A DNA stretch of 32,000 bases from Ferroglobus placidus DSM 10642 (GTDB taxonomy: Archaea > Halobacteriota > Archaeoglobi > Archaeoglobales > Archaeoglobaceae). How positions within the stretch are numbered: position 1 is the first letter of the stretch; every line of letters begins with the position of its first letter. The position numbers and the translations under genes are program-made. The stretch spans positions 900,001 to 932,000 of the forward strand of contig NC_013849.1 in assembly GCF_000025505.1 (NCBI RefSeq), given 5' to 3'. A model generated the notes under the pieces. The model was not told the DNA's origin and did not search any database. It saw only the letters and a program-made list of their open reading frames with translations. This document shows, piece after piece, positions 18,179 to 26,760 of this stretch.

Positions 18179-18196
18179 CAGTAATAAAAAATCGTG

Positions 18197-18214
18197 GAAA
18201 TACTTAAATATTTC
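18197..18214. promoter_or_regulatory. Near-palindromic bidirectional core promoter shared by livK and livG
   Basis: GAAATACTTAAATATTTC (reverse complement GAAATATTTAAGTATTTC); centred about 27-30 nt from both the livK ATG (18178) and an internal livG ATG (18236). Confidence 0.5.
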
Positions 18215-18235
18215 GAAGGTATTAAGCTTTGTTTG

Positions 18236-18943
18236 ATGAAGGTTATACTTGAAGTTGAAAATGTAAAGAAAAAGTTCGGTGAACTTGTAGCTTTGGAAAA
18301 TATTTCCTTCAGTGTATATGACAAAGAATGCCTCGGTATTATAGGACCGAACGGAGCTGGAAAGACTACGCTTTTCAACATAATTTCAGGACACTTAAAG
18401 CCGACTGCTGGAGAAGTTTACTTCAACGGAGAGAGAATTACCGGAATGCGTCCGAGTAAGATAGCGAAGAGGGGTCTGGTTAGGACGTTTCAAATTCTGA
18501 AGGTCTTTCAGAATTTAACCGTAGAGGAGAACTTCAGGGCTGCCGGGATAGAGCGGAAAGATGCGGAGAGAATAATGAAAGAGCTAAACCTCCACGAAAG
18601 GAGAAACGTTCTCGCAAAAAATCTTTCTCAGGGAGAGATGAGGAAGCTCAACATAGCCTTAGCTTTGGCGAAAAATCCGAAGGTTCTCTTGCTGGACGAG
18701 CCTTTTTCAGGGTTGAGTCCAGCAGAATGCCAGGAGCTGCATTCGGTCATAGACCACCTGAAAGAAAGAGGAGTAACGCTCGTTATAATCGAGCACAAGC
18801 TAAAGGAGCTGTTTAACCACGCTGAAAGGGTGATAGTCCTCAACTACGGATACATTCTTTGCGAAGGAACTCCAGAAGAGATCGTGCAGGATGTTAGAGT
18901 TATAGAAGCATACCTGGGTGTGGGGAATGTTGCTGGAAGTTAA
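18236..18943 (+). CDS. livG: Liv-type ABC transporter ATP-binding protein (LivG family)
   Basis: Walker A 'GPNGAGKTTLFN', signature 'LSQGEMRKLNIALAL', 'KVLLLDEPFSGLSP'. The start is moved from the track's 18194 GTG, which lies inside the promoter element, to ATG 18236 (MKVILEVENVKKKFG). Confidence 0.9.
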   Translation: MKVILEVENVKKKFGELVALENISFSVYDKECLGIIGPNGAGKTTLFNIISGHLKPTAGEVYFNGERITGMRPSKIAKRGLVRTFQILKVFQNLTVEENFRAAGIERKDAERIMKELNLHERRNVLAKNLSQGEMRKLNIALALAKNPKVLLLDEPFSGLSPAECQELHSVIDHLKERGVTLVIIEHKLKELFNHAERVIVLNYGYILCEGTPEEIVQDVRVIEAYLGVGNVAGS

Positions 18944-19610
18944 GGATTTGAAAGCTTACTACGGAAAAGCGCAGATTCTTCACGGGATAAATTTGGGAAT
19001 TGAAGAGGGGGAGTTTTTCGCTTTACTCGGACCGAACGGAGCTGGAAAGACTACGCTGATAAATTCGATCTGCGGTCTCGTCAAAACAGAGGGGAAGATA
19101 ATCTTCAATGGAAAGGACATCTCGAAGTTAAAACCCTACGAGAGAGTAAAGCTCGGAATAGGAGTTTGTCCGGAAGGGAGAAAGCTATTTCCAGAAATGA
19201 GCGTTGAGGACAATTTGCTCTTAGCCTGCGAAGACGGATGCGAAGACAGACTGGAATTCGTTTACTCCCTCTTTCCAAGAATAAAAGAGTTAAGAAAGAA
19301 CAAAGTGAAGAATATGAGCGGAGGAGAACAGCAAATGGTAGCGATAGGCAGAGCTTTAATGACGAATCCCAAGCTTCTGCTTTTAGATGAGCCGTCTATG
19401 GGGTTGGCTCCGATAGTTTTACTGAACATAAGAGACGCTTTAATGAGGATAAAGGAGGAAACGAACATCTCGATTCTCATAGTTGAGCAGAACGTTCACC
19501 TTGCTTTGGAGCTTGCCGACAGAGTGGCGTTATTAATAAAAGGGGAAATAGTTAAAGAGGGGAGTGTTGAAGAAATGAAAGACATAGAAAAGCATTACTT
19601 CGAGGTGTGA
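18918..19610 (+). CDS. livF: Liv-type ABC transporter ATP-binding protein (LivF family)
   Basis: 230 aa; 'LLGPNGAGKTTLINSICGLVKTEGKI', 'NMSGGEQQMVAIGRALMTNPKLLLLDEPSMGLAPIV'. Confidence 0.93.
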   Translation: MWGMLLEVKDLKAYYGKAQILHGINLGIEEGEFFALLGPNGAGKTTLINSICGLVKTEGKIIFNGKDISKLKPYERVKLGIGVCPEGRKLFPEMSVEDNLLLACEDGCEDRLEFVYSLFPRIKELRKNKVKNMSGGEQQMVAIGRALMTNPKLLLLDEPSMGLAPIVLLNIRDALMRIKEETNISILIVEQNVHLALELADRVALLIKGEIVKEGSVEEMKDIEKHYFEV

Positions 19611-20023
19611 GCATGCCGGTTACGTTGAGAGTGAGGGACATAATGAATAAGGACGTTACGAAGGTTTTCGAAGATGAAAGCGTTCACGAAGCAACAAAGA
19701 AGATGGTCGAGAAGGGAGTGAAGTGCGCGGTTGTAGTGAACAACAAAGGGGAGCCTGTAGGAGTTATCACCGAAGGAACCGTCACGAGAAAAGTTCTTTT
19801 AGCCTGTAAAGATCCGAGGGAAGTGAAAGTAAAGGACATAATGTCGAAGCCGATAATAACGATAAAGGCGGATGCGACGCTAAAAGAGGCTTCCGAAGCT
19901 TTCTTAAAGTACGATGTGAAGCAGCTTTACGTAGAGGAGGACGGAAAGATCGTGGGATTTCTTACTGAGCACAGAATACTTAAAGCCATAAACGAAGTGA
20001 TATTGACTCTGCTTTCGATATAA
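19607..20023 (+). CDS. CBS-domain pair protein
   Basis: 138 aa; 'VRDIMNKDVTKVFEDESVHEATKKMVEKGVKCAVV', 'VKDIMSKPIITIKADATLKEAS'. Confidence 0.9.
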   Translation: MSMPVTLRVRDIMNKDVTKVFEDESVHEATKKMVEKGVKCAVVVNNKGEPVGVITEGTVTRKVLLACKDPREVKVKDIMSKPIITIKADATLKEASEAFLKYDVKQLYVEEDGKIVGFLTEHRILKAINEVILTLLSI

Positions 20024-20051
20024 TTTAAATTCCCTTTGCGAATTTTCTCTC

Positions 20052-20999
20052 ATGAGGTTTTTTACCGACTGGGAAGGACCTTGGATACTCAACGACATAG
20101 CCTACGAGCTTTGTTTAGCCGTTTTCAACAACGGAGAGTTCTTCGAAAGGCTTAGCCAGTACGACGACTATTTAATGCTAACCGGCAGAAGCTCAGCCGG
20201 AAGCACGCTAAAGCTCATCGCTCCCTTTCTCGTTGCCGCCGAGCTCAAGAGAGATGAGATAGTAAAGATAAGCAGAGATTTAGCGAGATTCGTTCCTCAG
20301 GCAGAGGAGGCTATGAAATTTCTCTGCGAAAAGTACGAGGCTGTCGTAATTTCCACAAGCTACGAGGATTATTTAAAGGTGACTTCCGAAATGCTCGGAG
20401 TGAAAGGACATCTGCACGGAACTTCTTTCGATCCAGAGAAGTACGAAATCGACGAGAGATGGAAAAAATGGCTAATCGAAAAGGTTGACGAGATAGCTGC
20501 TCTTCCGGAAATAGATCCAAAAAATCCGGACGAAAGAACTGTAAGATACTTGGACGATCTCTTCAAAGAAATGGAAAGGAGTCCCTTCAAGAAAGTGCTC
20601 GAAGACGTGAAGGTCGTGGATGCGAAAGAAAAAAGGAGGATTATGGAAAGCTATGGAGAGAGAAAAGTTATCGCGATAGGCGACAGCATTTCGGATGTGG
20701 AGATGCTAAGAGCAGCGAGAAGGAAAGGATTAGCGGTATCGTTCAACGGAAACGGCTACGCTGTCAGAGAGGCGAATGTTATAATAGTAAGCGAAACTGC
20801 TCTTAGCGAAGCGATGATCGTGGACTTATTTTTAAGTAAAGGGTTTGAAGCTGTGAAAAATTACGAAAACTCCGAGCACGAGCTTCTCAACGAAGTTATG
20901 GGAAAGACGGAAATTTATTTTGAGGCGAGCGAAGACGTTATAGAGAAATCCGAAAAGATGAGGAAAAGGCTTAGGGGAAAGGTGGGTGAGCTCGGATGA
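20052..20999 (+). CDS. HAD-superfamily phosphatase-like protein (archaeal, EhaR-like annotation group)
   Basis: 315 aa; N-terminal 'RFFTDWEGPW' and 'VIAIGDSISDVEMLRAARRKGLAVSFNGN'. Confidence 0.7.
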   Translation: MRFFTDWEGPWILNDIAYELCLAVFNNGEFFERLSQYDDYLMLTGRSSAGSTLKLIAPFLVAAELKRDEIVKISRDLARFVPQAEEAMKFLCEKYEAVVISTSYEDYLKVTSEMLGVKGHLHGTSFDPEKYEIDERWKKWLIEKVDEIAALPEIDPKNPDERTVRYLDDLFKEMERSPFKKVLEDVKVVDAKEKRRIMESYGERKVIAIGDSISDVEMLRAARRKGLAVSFNGNGYAVREANVIIVSETALSEAMIVDLFLSKGFEAVKNYENSEHELLNEVMGKTEIYFEASEDVIEKSEKMRKRLRGKVGELG

Positions 21000-21886
21000 T
21001 AGTTGGATTCGGAGCTTTGAACCTCGATAAGATCTATCTCGTCGACAAAATTCCGAGAGAGGACGAGGAAGGGTATGTGATAGACGTGGAGCTTCACCCG
21101 GGAGGGAGTGCGGCAAACACTATAGCCGGACTGGCGAGCTTTGGCGTAAAAACCGGATACGTAGGAAAGGTTGGCAGCGATGCCGAAGGAGAGATGCTCG
21201 TCGAAGATTTCAGAAAGAGGGGAGTGGACTTGTCGGGAATAGTTAAGAGTGAAGGGAGGAGCGGACAGGCGCTCATCTTCGTCGATAGGAATGGAAACAG
21301 AGCCATACTCGTCGATCCTGGCGTGAACGATACGATAAAGTTCGAGGAGGTAAACAAAGAATTGATAGAAAAAGCTGAAATCGTGCACATGACTTCGTTC
21401 ATTTGCAAGAACGGTACGGATTCCTTGGAAAGTCAGAAGAAAGTGGCGAAGGTTGCGAAAGCTGTCAGCTTCGATCCCGGCTTGCCTTACGTTGAAAGAG
21501 GTTTGGAAGAAATTAGGGAAATAGTGGAGAGAACGACAATCCTCCTTCCTAACAAGACGGAGATCGAGAAGCTCGTGGGAAAGGATTTCAGAGAAGCGGC
21601 TAAAGAAATGATCGAGGAGGGCGTAAAAGTTGTTGCTGTTAAGCTCGGAGAAAAGGGCTGCTACGTTACTGACGGAAAAGAAGAGCATTTCATCGAGGCT
21701 TTCAAAGCGAACGTCGTCGACACTACTGGAGCCGGCGACGCTTTCAACGCTGGCTTTCTGTACGGCTGGATGAAAGGGAAGAGCTTGGAGGCTTGCGGAA
21801 AGCTCGGAAATTACGTCGCTTCGAAGATAGTCGAAAGAGTCGGAGCTAGGAACTACGAAGGAATCGATCCAGAGAAGTTTGTTTGA
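20996..21886 (+). CDS. PfkB/ribokinase-family sugar or nucleoside kinase
   Basis: 296 aa; 'ELHPGGSAANTIAGLASFGVKTGYVGKVG', C-terminal 'VVDTTGAGDAFNAGFLYGW'. Confidence 0.9.
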   Translation: MIVGFGALNLDKIYLVDKIPREDEEGYVIDVELHPGGSAANTIAGLASFGVKTGYVGKVGSDAEGEMLVEDFRKRGVDLSGIVKSEGRSGQALIFVDRNGNRAILVDPGVNDTIKFEEVNKELIEKAEIVHMTSFICKNGTDSLESQKKVAKVAKAVSFDPGLPYVERGLEEIREIVERTTILLPNKTEIEKLVGKDFREAAKEMIEEGVKVVAVKLGEKGCYVTDGKEEHFIEAFKANVVDTTGAGDAFNAGFLYGWMKGKSLEACGKLGNYVASKIVERVGARNYEGIDPEKFV

Positions 21887-22994
21887 AAATCAACTTTCTC
21901 CAATCCTTGTTCAAAGTCAGCTTTTCGGCGTAGCTCAAAGACTCGTGCAGAGTTTCGAATTTCAACGGCTTAGTTTTCATGGCTTTTCTAATCCCCTCCT
22001 CCACAACCCACACGCCAAGAGGGAACTTGTACTCCGGCGTTATTTCCCTTACAACTATAACACCGGCTTGCCTCCTCTTTTCCTTGAGGTATTCGAGAAC
22101 AGGCAACCTTGCCGCATAGTATCCGCCGGAAAGCTCGGAGTACTTCTTCTTTTTACCTCTGCTTTCGGAATCGACGCCTATCCAAGTTCTTTCGGGGCTC
22201 CAGAAGCTCTCCTCAATCCATACTTCGACGAGCTGGAAGTGATAGGAGGATGGGTAGAGAATTACGACAAACCTGTTCCCGAAGTGCTCGTAAAAGAAGA
22301 GCGAAACGTCGTTTATCTCGTCAAAATCCTTTATTTCCTCCTTTATCTTTTCCCCAAGAATGTCGTGAACAGCAGTTATGCTCCACCTCGTCGGAACGAG
22401 CTTTTTCTCAACTCCTAAAATTCCCGCCGAGAAAACTCTCTGAATGTAATGGGTCGGAAAACCCCTCTCGAAAAGTTTGTAGACGGCCTCATTAGCCTTA
22501 ACTTCATCGTACCACAGCTTCTCCACAACCCCCGGCAGTTTTGGATTCTCGGCAAGCTTCAAATTTTCTATTCTCGCCGAAACTCCGGCAGGATTTACTA
22601 TTTCGTCAAAAAGCGGCTTTTTAACCACTTTTTTCACATCCGCCTCAACGTCGAAGTATTTTTTAGCCGCAGCTATCTCCTGAATCTTTAAAACGTATTC
22701 GTCGAACCTCTTAACATCTACTCTCTTCACACCCCTCGCAACGTTCATCCTCATCCTCAAAACGTCCTCAACCCTTCCGCTCCAAGAAGACGGATTATCG
22801 TAAAGCTCCGGATTTCCGGAGAAAACGACGAGAGGACCAGCGAAAACTTTCGGATAGCCTATTCTTCCGATAAAAATTGATGGAGGTGTTGGATCCTCTA
22901 TTTTATTCTTTACCGGCAGATAAGCTACGTTTATCGACTCAAGAAGCTTGCACCTTCCGCATACTAAGTTGCCCTTGCACTTCGCACATATCAT
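21846..22994 (-). CDS. nreA: Archaeal Nre family DNA repair protein NreA
   Basis: 382 aa; N-terminal 'CAKCKGNLVCGRCKLLE' zinc motif, 'PPSIFIGRIGYPKVFAGPLV', C-terminal PIP-like 'QTSLDRFL'. Confidence 0.85.
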   Translation of the reverse strand: MICAKCKGNLVCGRCKLLESINVAYLPVKNKIEDPTPPSIFIGRIGYPKVFAGPLVVFSGNPELYDNPSSWSGRVEDVLRMRMNVARGVKRVDVKRFDEYVLKIQEIAAAKKYFDVEADVKKVVKKPLFDEIVNPAGVSARIENLKLAENPKLPGVVEKLWYDEVKANEAVYKLFERGFPTHYIQRVFSAGILGVEKKLVPTRWSITAVHDILGEKIKEEIKDFDEINDVSLFFYEHFGNRFVVILYPSSYHFQLVEVWIEESFWSPERTWIGVDSESRGKKKKYSELSGGYYAARLPVLEYLKEKRRQAGVIVVREITPEYKFPLGVWVVEEGIRKAMKTKPLKFETLHESLSYAEKLTLNKDWRKLIFKQTSLDRFLRSS

Positions 22995-22995
22995 C

Positions 22996-24195
22996 TCAGA
23001 AAGTTCTTATCTCACCGTTGATTACCATTTCCGTCACTTTGGTTATCTCTGCCAGCCACTCCTCAGCTACGGTTTTAATTTTGCTTTCCATCTTCTCAAC
23101 GCTGTAGCCCCTCTCCGGAATAACCTGAATGCTGCAAACCTTGGGCTGGTCTATCGGCTTTCCTATTTGCGAAAGAATCCTCACGTGAACCTCCTTTATT
23201 CCCTCCACAGCCTCGTAGCAGTCCTTCGCTATTAAGTTCGCGAGGATGTTGTAGATCTTGCCGACGTGGTTTATCGGGTTTTTGCCGCTCGTCGCTTCCA
23301 TCGACATCGGTCTTCCCGGGGTTATAAGTCCGTTGCATCTGTTACCTCTGCCAACGCTTCCGTCATCACCGCTTTCTGCTGAAGTGCCTGTGACCGTCAA
23401 GTATACGACTCCTCTGTCAACGTCATCAGCCGTGTTGACGAAAATCTCCACCTTCCTTTCCGTGTACTCATTTGCGATGTCTTTTATGAAGTTCGAAAGC
23501 TCCTCCTTAACAGCCAGATATTCCTGAATGTTAGAAAGGTGCCTGTCAACAGTTGCCGCAGCTACCGTGAGCTTTATAGTATCCTTTTCCCTCAAAGCCA
23601 TAACCTTAACATCTTCTCCCATAGCCTTTTCCTTCTTCCTGAACTCCTCGTAAATTCTTCTCTCTACGTTGTAAACCAAGTTTTCAGTTTCAGAAAGAGG
23701 AGCGTAGCCGATTCCAAAACTCGTGTCGTTTGCAAGAGGAATCTTTCCCTTCTGCCTCTCGAAAACGTCTCTCAAATCTGTAGAACCTTCACCCAAGCGA
23801 ACGTCGAAGATTATGTCCGTTTCCGGATCGAGGTAGCGCATAGCTTCTCTAACGTAATTTTTAGCAGCTTTCAGAGCTATTCTGTCAGCCGGTATGTCTA
23901 TTCCGTCGAAGTACTTAGTGGCTCTTCCGACGAGGAGTATATATATCGGCTGTATAAGCTCCCCACCTCCAAAGCTCGGCTTAGCTTTCCCGGCTACGAT
24001 CTGCGTTTCGTCGGTGTTGTGATGAAGAACGGCTCCGACTTTCTTTATGTACTCCTTGCAAAGCGCCCTGCTCATAGCTTCGGCTATTCCGTCGGCGAGG
24101 CTATCTGGATGACCTATGCCTTTCCTCTCGACTATTTCTATCTTCTGCTCTTCGATAGGAGTGTGAACGAGCTCTTCTACAACGATGTTCCTCAT
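22996..24195 (-). CDS. mat: S-adenosylmethionine synthetase, archaeal type
   Basis: 399 aa; '[23 protein letters not shown]', '[13 protein letters not shown]', '[36 protein letters not shown]'. Confidence 0.95.
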   Translation of the reverse strand: MRNIVVEELVHTPIEEQKIEIVERKGIGHPDSLADGIAEAMSRALCKEYIKKVGAVLHHNTDETQIVAGKAKPSFGGGELIQPIYILLVGRATKYFDGIDIPADRIALKAAKNYVREAMRYLDPETDIIFDVRLGEGSTDLRDVFERQKGKIPLANDTSFGIGYAPLSETENLVYNVERRIYEEFRKKEKAMGEDVKVMALREKDTIKLTVAAATVDRHLSNIQEYLAVKEELSNFIKDIANEYTERKVEIFVNTADDVDRGVVYLTVTGTSAESGDDGSVGRGNRCNGLITPGRPMSMEATSGKNPINHVGKIYNILANLIAKDCYEAVEGIKEVHVRILSQIGKPIDQPKVCSIQVIPERGYSVEKMESKIKTVAEEWLAEITKVTEMVINGEIRTF

Positions 24196-24253
24196 GGAAC
24201 TTAGATTCGAGCGAAGTAATATAAGAATTGCCTCGAATTATGCTTAGTAATAG

Positions 24254-24598
24254 CTAAACTTTAACGAAATTCTTCACAAACCTCCGATACCACTCAAACT
24301 CCTTTTCGTTAGCCAAGTGAATTTCGAAGGGGGCGAAAACATCTATAGACTTAAGAATTTCGGCTCTTATTCTCCCCCTTTCGCTCTGCTTTTTCGGCAT
24401 GTTTTTGGAAACCACAAGAACGTCGATGTCGCTGGCCGGAGTGTGTTTACCCTCTACAACGGATCCGAAGACGTATACTTCAGCTTCCCCGAGAAGCTCT
24501 TTAGCTTTCTCCTTTATCAGCTTCGCGTAATAAATATAGTTTTCGAAGTACTTCCTCTCCTCCTTCGCTATCTCCCTCACGACGTCCATGAACTTCAT
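24254..24598 (-). CDS. MNT-type nucleotidyltransferase (pair 1)
   Basis: 114 aa; 'VYVFGSVVEGKHTPASDIDVLVVS'; overlaps the upstream HEPN gene by 4 nt. Confidence 0.88.
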   Translation of the reverse strand: MKFMDVVREIAKEERKYFENYIYYAKLIKEKAKELLGEAEVYVFGSVVEGKHTPASDIDVLVVSKNMPKKQSERGRIRAEILKSIDVFAPFEIHLANEKEFEWYRRFVKNFVKV

Positions 24599-24981
24599 AT
24601 CGCATCAACCAACTCTCTAATCTTTTTAGCCAGTTTAAGCATGTTTTCAACTTCCTCCTTTTCAAATTCAGTTGGGATGTACCTCGAGGTAATGTATGCG
24701 TTCTCCAAATTCGATATTCCGTCTATGTTTTCAACCATGAACTTTCTGACTTCCTCATACTTCCCAGCGGTTTTCCCTATTTCCTTCAAAAGCTTTTTTA
24801 TGGAATGGGTTTTTGGATAATCTCCGGCGAGAAGGAACAGCTTGTATTTTAGGTAAAGCTCGACAAACTGCTGAATGTTAAAAGCGGCAAGGTCGTAAAC
24901 GCCACTTTTGAGAAGCTCTTCTCCGTTTTTCAGAAACTTTTCAGCTCTCTCTTTTAAGATTTCTATTTCTTCAAGACTCAT
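24595..24981 (-). CDS. HEPN domain protein (pair 1)
   Basis: Track ORF runs to 25056, but the conserved domain begins at 'MSLEEIEILKERAEKFLKNGEELLKSGVYDLAAFNIQQFVELYLK'; the ATG at 24981 avoids overlap with the upstream MNT gene. Confidence 0.85.
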   Translation of the reverse strand: MSLEEIEILKERAEKFLKNGEELLKSGVYDLAAFNIQQFVELYLKYKLFLLAGDYPKTHSIKKLLKEIGKTAGKYEEVRKFMVENIDGISNLENAYITSRYIPTEFEKEEVENMLKLAKKIRELVDAI

Positions 24982-25016
24982 TAAATTTAGTTCTCGAAAA
25001 GAAAGATAACGTTTTC

Positions 25017-25322
25017 TCAAATCTTCTTCATTTTCTTGCAGAACCTCTTGTACCACTCAAAGCCCTTTTCATCGACGATGTGTATCTCGAAAGGGTGCTG
25101 ATAGCCGAATTCCCTGTAAACCTCCGATATTACGGCAGATCTCTTCTCAACGGGAACTTTCTTCGAATAAACGAGGACGTCAACATCCGATGACGGCAAG
25201 CTCTTTCCTTCGACATAAGAGCCAAACAGGTAGACTTCCACAGCACCGAGATGTTTTTCGGCTATTTCTTTAATTCTTTTAAGATATAAATCGAGATTTT
25301 CGATGTAATCTCTACGCCTCAT
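25017..25322 (-). CDS. MNT-type nucleotidyltransferase (pair 2)
   Basis: 101 aa; 'VYLFGSYVEGKSLPSSDVDVLVYS'. Confidence 0.88.
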   Translation of the reverse strand: MRRRDYIENLDLYLKRIKEIAEKHLGAVEVYLFGSYVEGKSLPSSDVDVLVYSKKVPVEKRSAVISEVYREFGYQHPFEIHIVDEKGFEWYKRFCKKMKKI

Positions 25323-25561
25323 AACCGAGCAGTTCCACTTTTATTGTACTCTTCTGAGAGATTGCCGAGGAGCTTTATCAAATCATGGGTTCTCGGAAAT
25401 TCTCCGATCAACTCAAGAAATTTCGCTTTGATATAAAGCTGTGCCGCCTGCTCAACGCAGAACATTGCAAGATCGTAACGCCCTTTTTCGAAGTTAAACT
25501 TCGCCATTTCTTCAAACCCCTTCGCTTTCTCGATAAATTTCTCAACTTCCTCTTTTTTCAC
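25319..25561 (-). CDS. C-terminally short HEPN domain protein (pair 2)
   Basis: 80 aa; 'EKGRYDLAMFCVEQAAQLYIKAKFLELIGEFPRTHDLIKLLG' aligns by eye with the pair 1 HEPN, but it stops soon afterwards. Confidence 0.75.
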   Translation of the reverse strand: MKKEEVEKFIEKAKGFEEMAKFNFEKGRYDLAMFCVEQAAQLYIKAKFLELIGEFPRTHDLIKLLGNLSEEYNKSGTARL

Positions 25562-25603
25562 GCAAAATGTTCGACTAATGAGATTAAAAGCTTTTTAGCG
25601 AGC

Positions 25604-25894
25604 TCAAACGATTCTCACCATCTTTTCTTTTTTAAAGTGCGATGGAAACTTCTTCGCGACAATTATATGAGGAGACAAACCGAGGTTCAAAATTTCGTCG
25701 ATCTCTTCCTTCAAAATTGAGAAGACATCGACATCTTCTTTTGAAATCACAAGAAGGTCAAAATCCGATTCGAAGGGAATTGCGCAGCTTTCCACTATAG
25801 AACCAAAGATGTATACTTCAGCTTTATTTTTCAACTTTTTCCGTATTTTTTTAATTACGTTATCCACGTCCTTCAACCCGAGGGTTTTTATCAT
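25604..25894 (-). CDS. MNT-type nucleotidyltransferase (pair 3)
   Basis: 96 aa; 'VYIFGSIVESCAIPFESDFDLLVIS'; overlaps the upstream HEPN gene by 4 nt. Confidence 0.85.
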   Translation of the reverse strand: MIKTLGLKDVDNVIKKIRKKLKNKAEVYIFGSIVESCAIPFESDFDLLVISKEDVDVFSILKEEIDEILNLGLSPHIIVAKKFPSHFKKEKMVRIV

Positions 25895-26253
25895 CTTTCG
25901 ACAGCTCCGAGGAGTTTTTTATATATCTCTTCAACAAGAGCTAAATCCTCTTCTTTCAAAGCTGAGATCACACCATAATCGCCGTTTTCCCTCAGGCTCT
26001 GTATTCGAGATATGCTTTTAACGATTTCTTCATTTATCCCAAGCATTTCCCTATTTTGCCAGAGTTTCGCTACTAAACCAGAGTGTGTTTTCGGTAGATC
26101 CAAGCCATTTTTTATCAGAAGAGCGTAACACAGATGAAGTATCGCATAATAACCTCTGGAAATCGCATCTTCATACAAACCTTTATCTTTCAGAATTTTA
26201 AAAGCTTCAAAAGACTTCTTCGCTCTCTGTAAATGAAGTTCGAATTCTTCCAT
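25891..26253 (-). CDS. HEPN domain protein (pair 3)
   Basis: 120 aa; 'LHLQRAKKSFEAFKILKDKGLYEDAISRGYYAILHLCYALL', 'PKTHSGLVAKL', 'SLRENGDYGV'. Confidence 0.85.
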   Translation of the reverse strand: MEEFELHLQRAKKSFEAFKILKDKGLYEDAISRGYYAILHLCYALLIKNGLDLPKTHSGLVAKLWQNREMLGINEEIVKSISRIQSLRENGDYGVISALKEEDLALVEEIYKKLLGAVER

Positions 26254-26359
26254 TAAGATGAAAAACAGCTTTAGGAATAGATATAGCTTGCTGTCGGAAT
26301 AAAGATCTGCAAACTCAACACGGACAGCTCGAATTCCAATTCTAAGCTTTCAATAGCTT

Positions 26360-26570
26360 TTTTCAGCCAGCGTTTCTCGTTTTATGAGCTTTCATCAGAA
26401 TTGACTCGTTTCTTTCGACATCTACAGCTGAGAAAACGTAGGACTTCTTTTTGTTCGCTTTACGATTTCGTCCAGTGCAATCAGATTCTTCCGCTCTCGT
26501 TCTGCGTTTTTCCCTTCTCCAATAGACTAAGAGAGCCTCAACCAGTCCTTCAGCACTTTATTAAAAGTCG
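26360..26570 (-). pseudogene. Decayed IS transposase fragment (DDE type)
   Basis: Minus-strand frames read 'NLIALDEIV', then after a frameshift 'KANKKKSYVFSAVDVERNESILMKAHKTRN'. This resembles the DDE core 'IAVDET-VKANGKKYYVYSAVDVERNE' of archaeal IS transposases; stops and frameshifts on both sides. Confidence 0.65.
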
Positions 26571-26760
26571 AAATTTATCTTATGCGAATAAAGCTTACAT
26601 GTCTAACCACAGCCGAAATTCCCGTAAGAAATTGAAATCTGTTCTATAAACCGTTCCTGCTGTATTGTAATCACCTAAGGCTCAAGCTGACTGGGCTGTA
26701 AGGGATCAATTACTGAATATTTTAGAAAAGCTTAAGTAAACAAAGATTGGATTTGTAAAC

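Noticed and set aside
18194-18235. Annotated 14-codon N-terminal extension of LivG (GTG start)
   Set aside because: Encodes 'MEILKYFEGIKLCL', which is not part of the ABC domain, and overlaps the shared promoter element; ATG 18236 is preferred.
20915-21688. 257-aa minus-strand ORF opposite the PfkB gene
   Set aside because: PfkB has clear family motifs on the plus strand; the antisense translation has none.
24982-25056. N-terminal extension of the pair 1 HEPN overlapping the pair 2 MNT gene
   Set aside because: 'MVQEVLQENEEDLRKRYLSFRELNL' is the alternative-frame reading of the MNT 3' end and is not HEPN-like; a later ATG gives a standard HEPN N terminus.
26401-26649. 82-aa plus-strand ORF in the gene-free interval
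   Set aside because: Opposite strand to the transposase remnant and without recognisable motifs; most likely a spurious frame.
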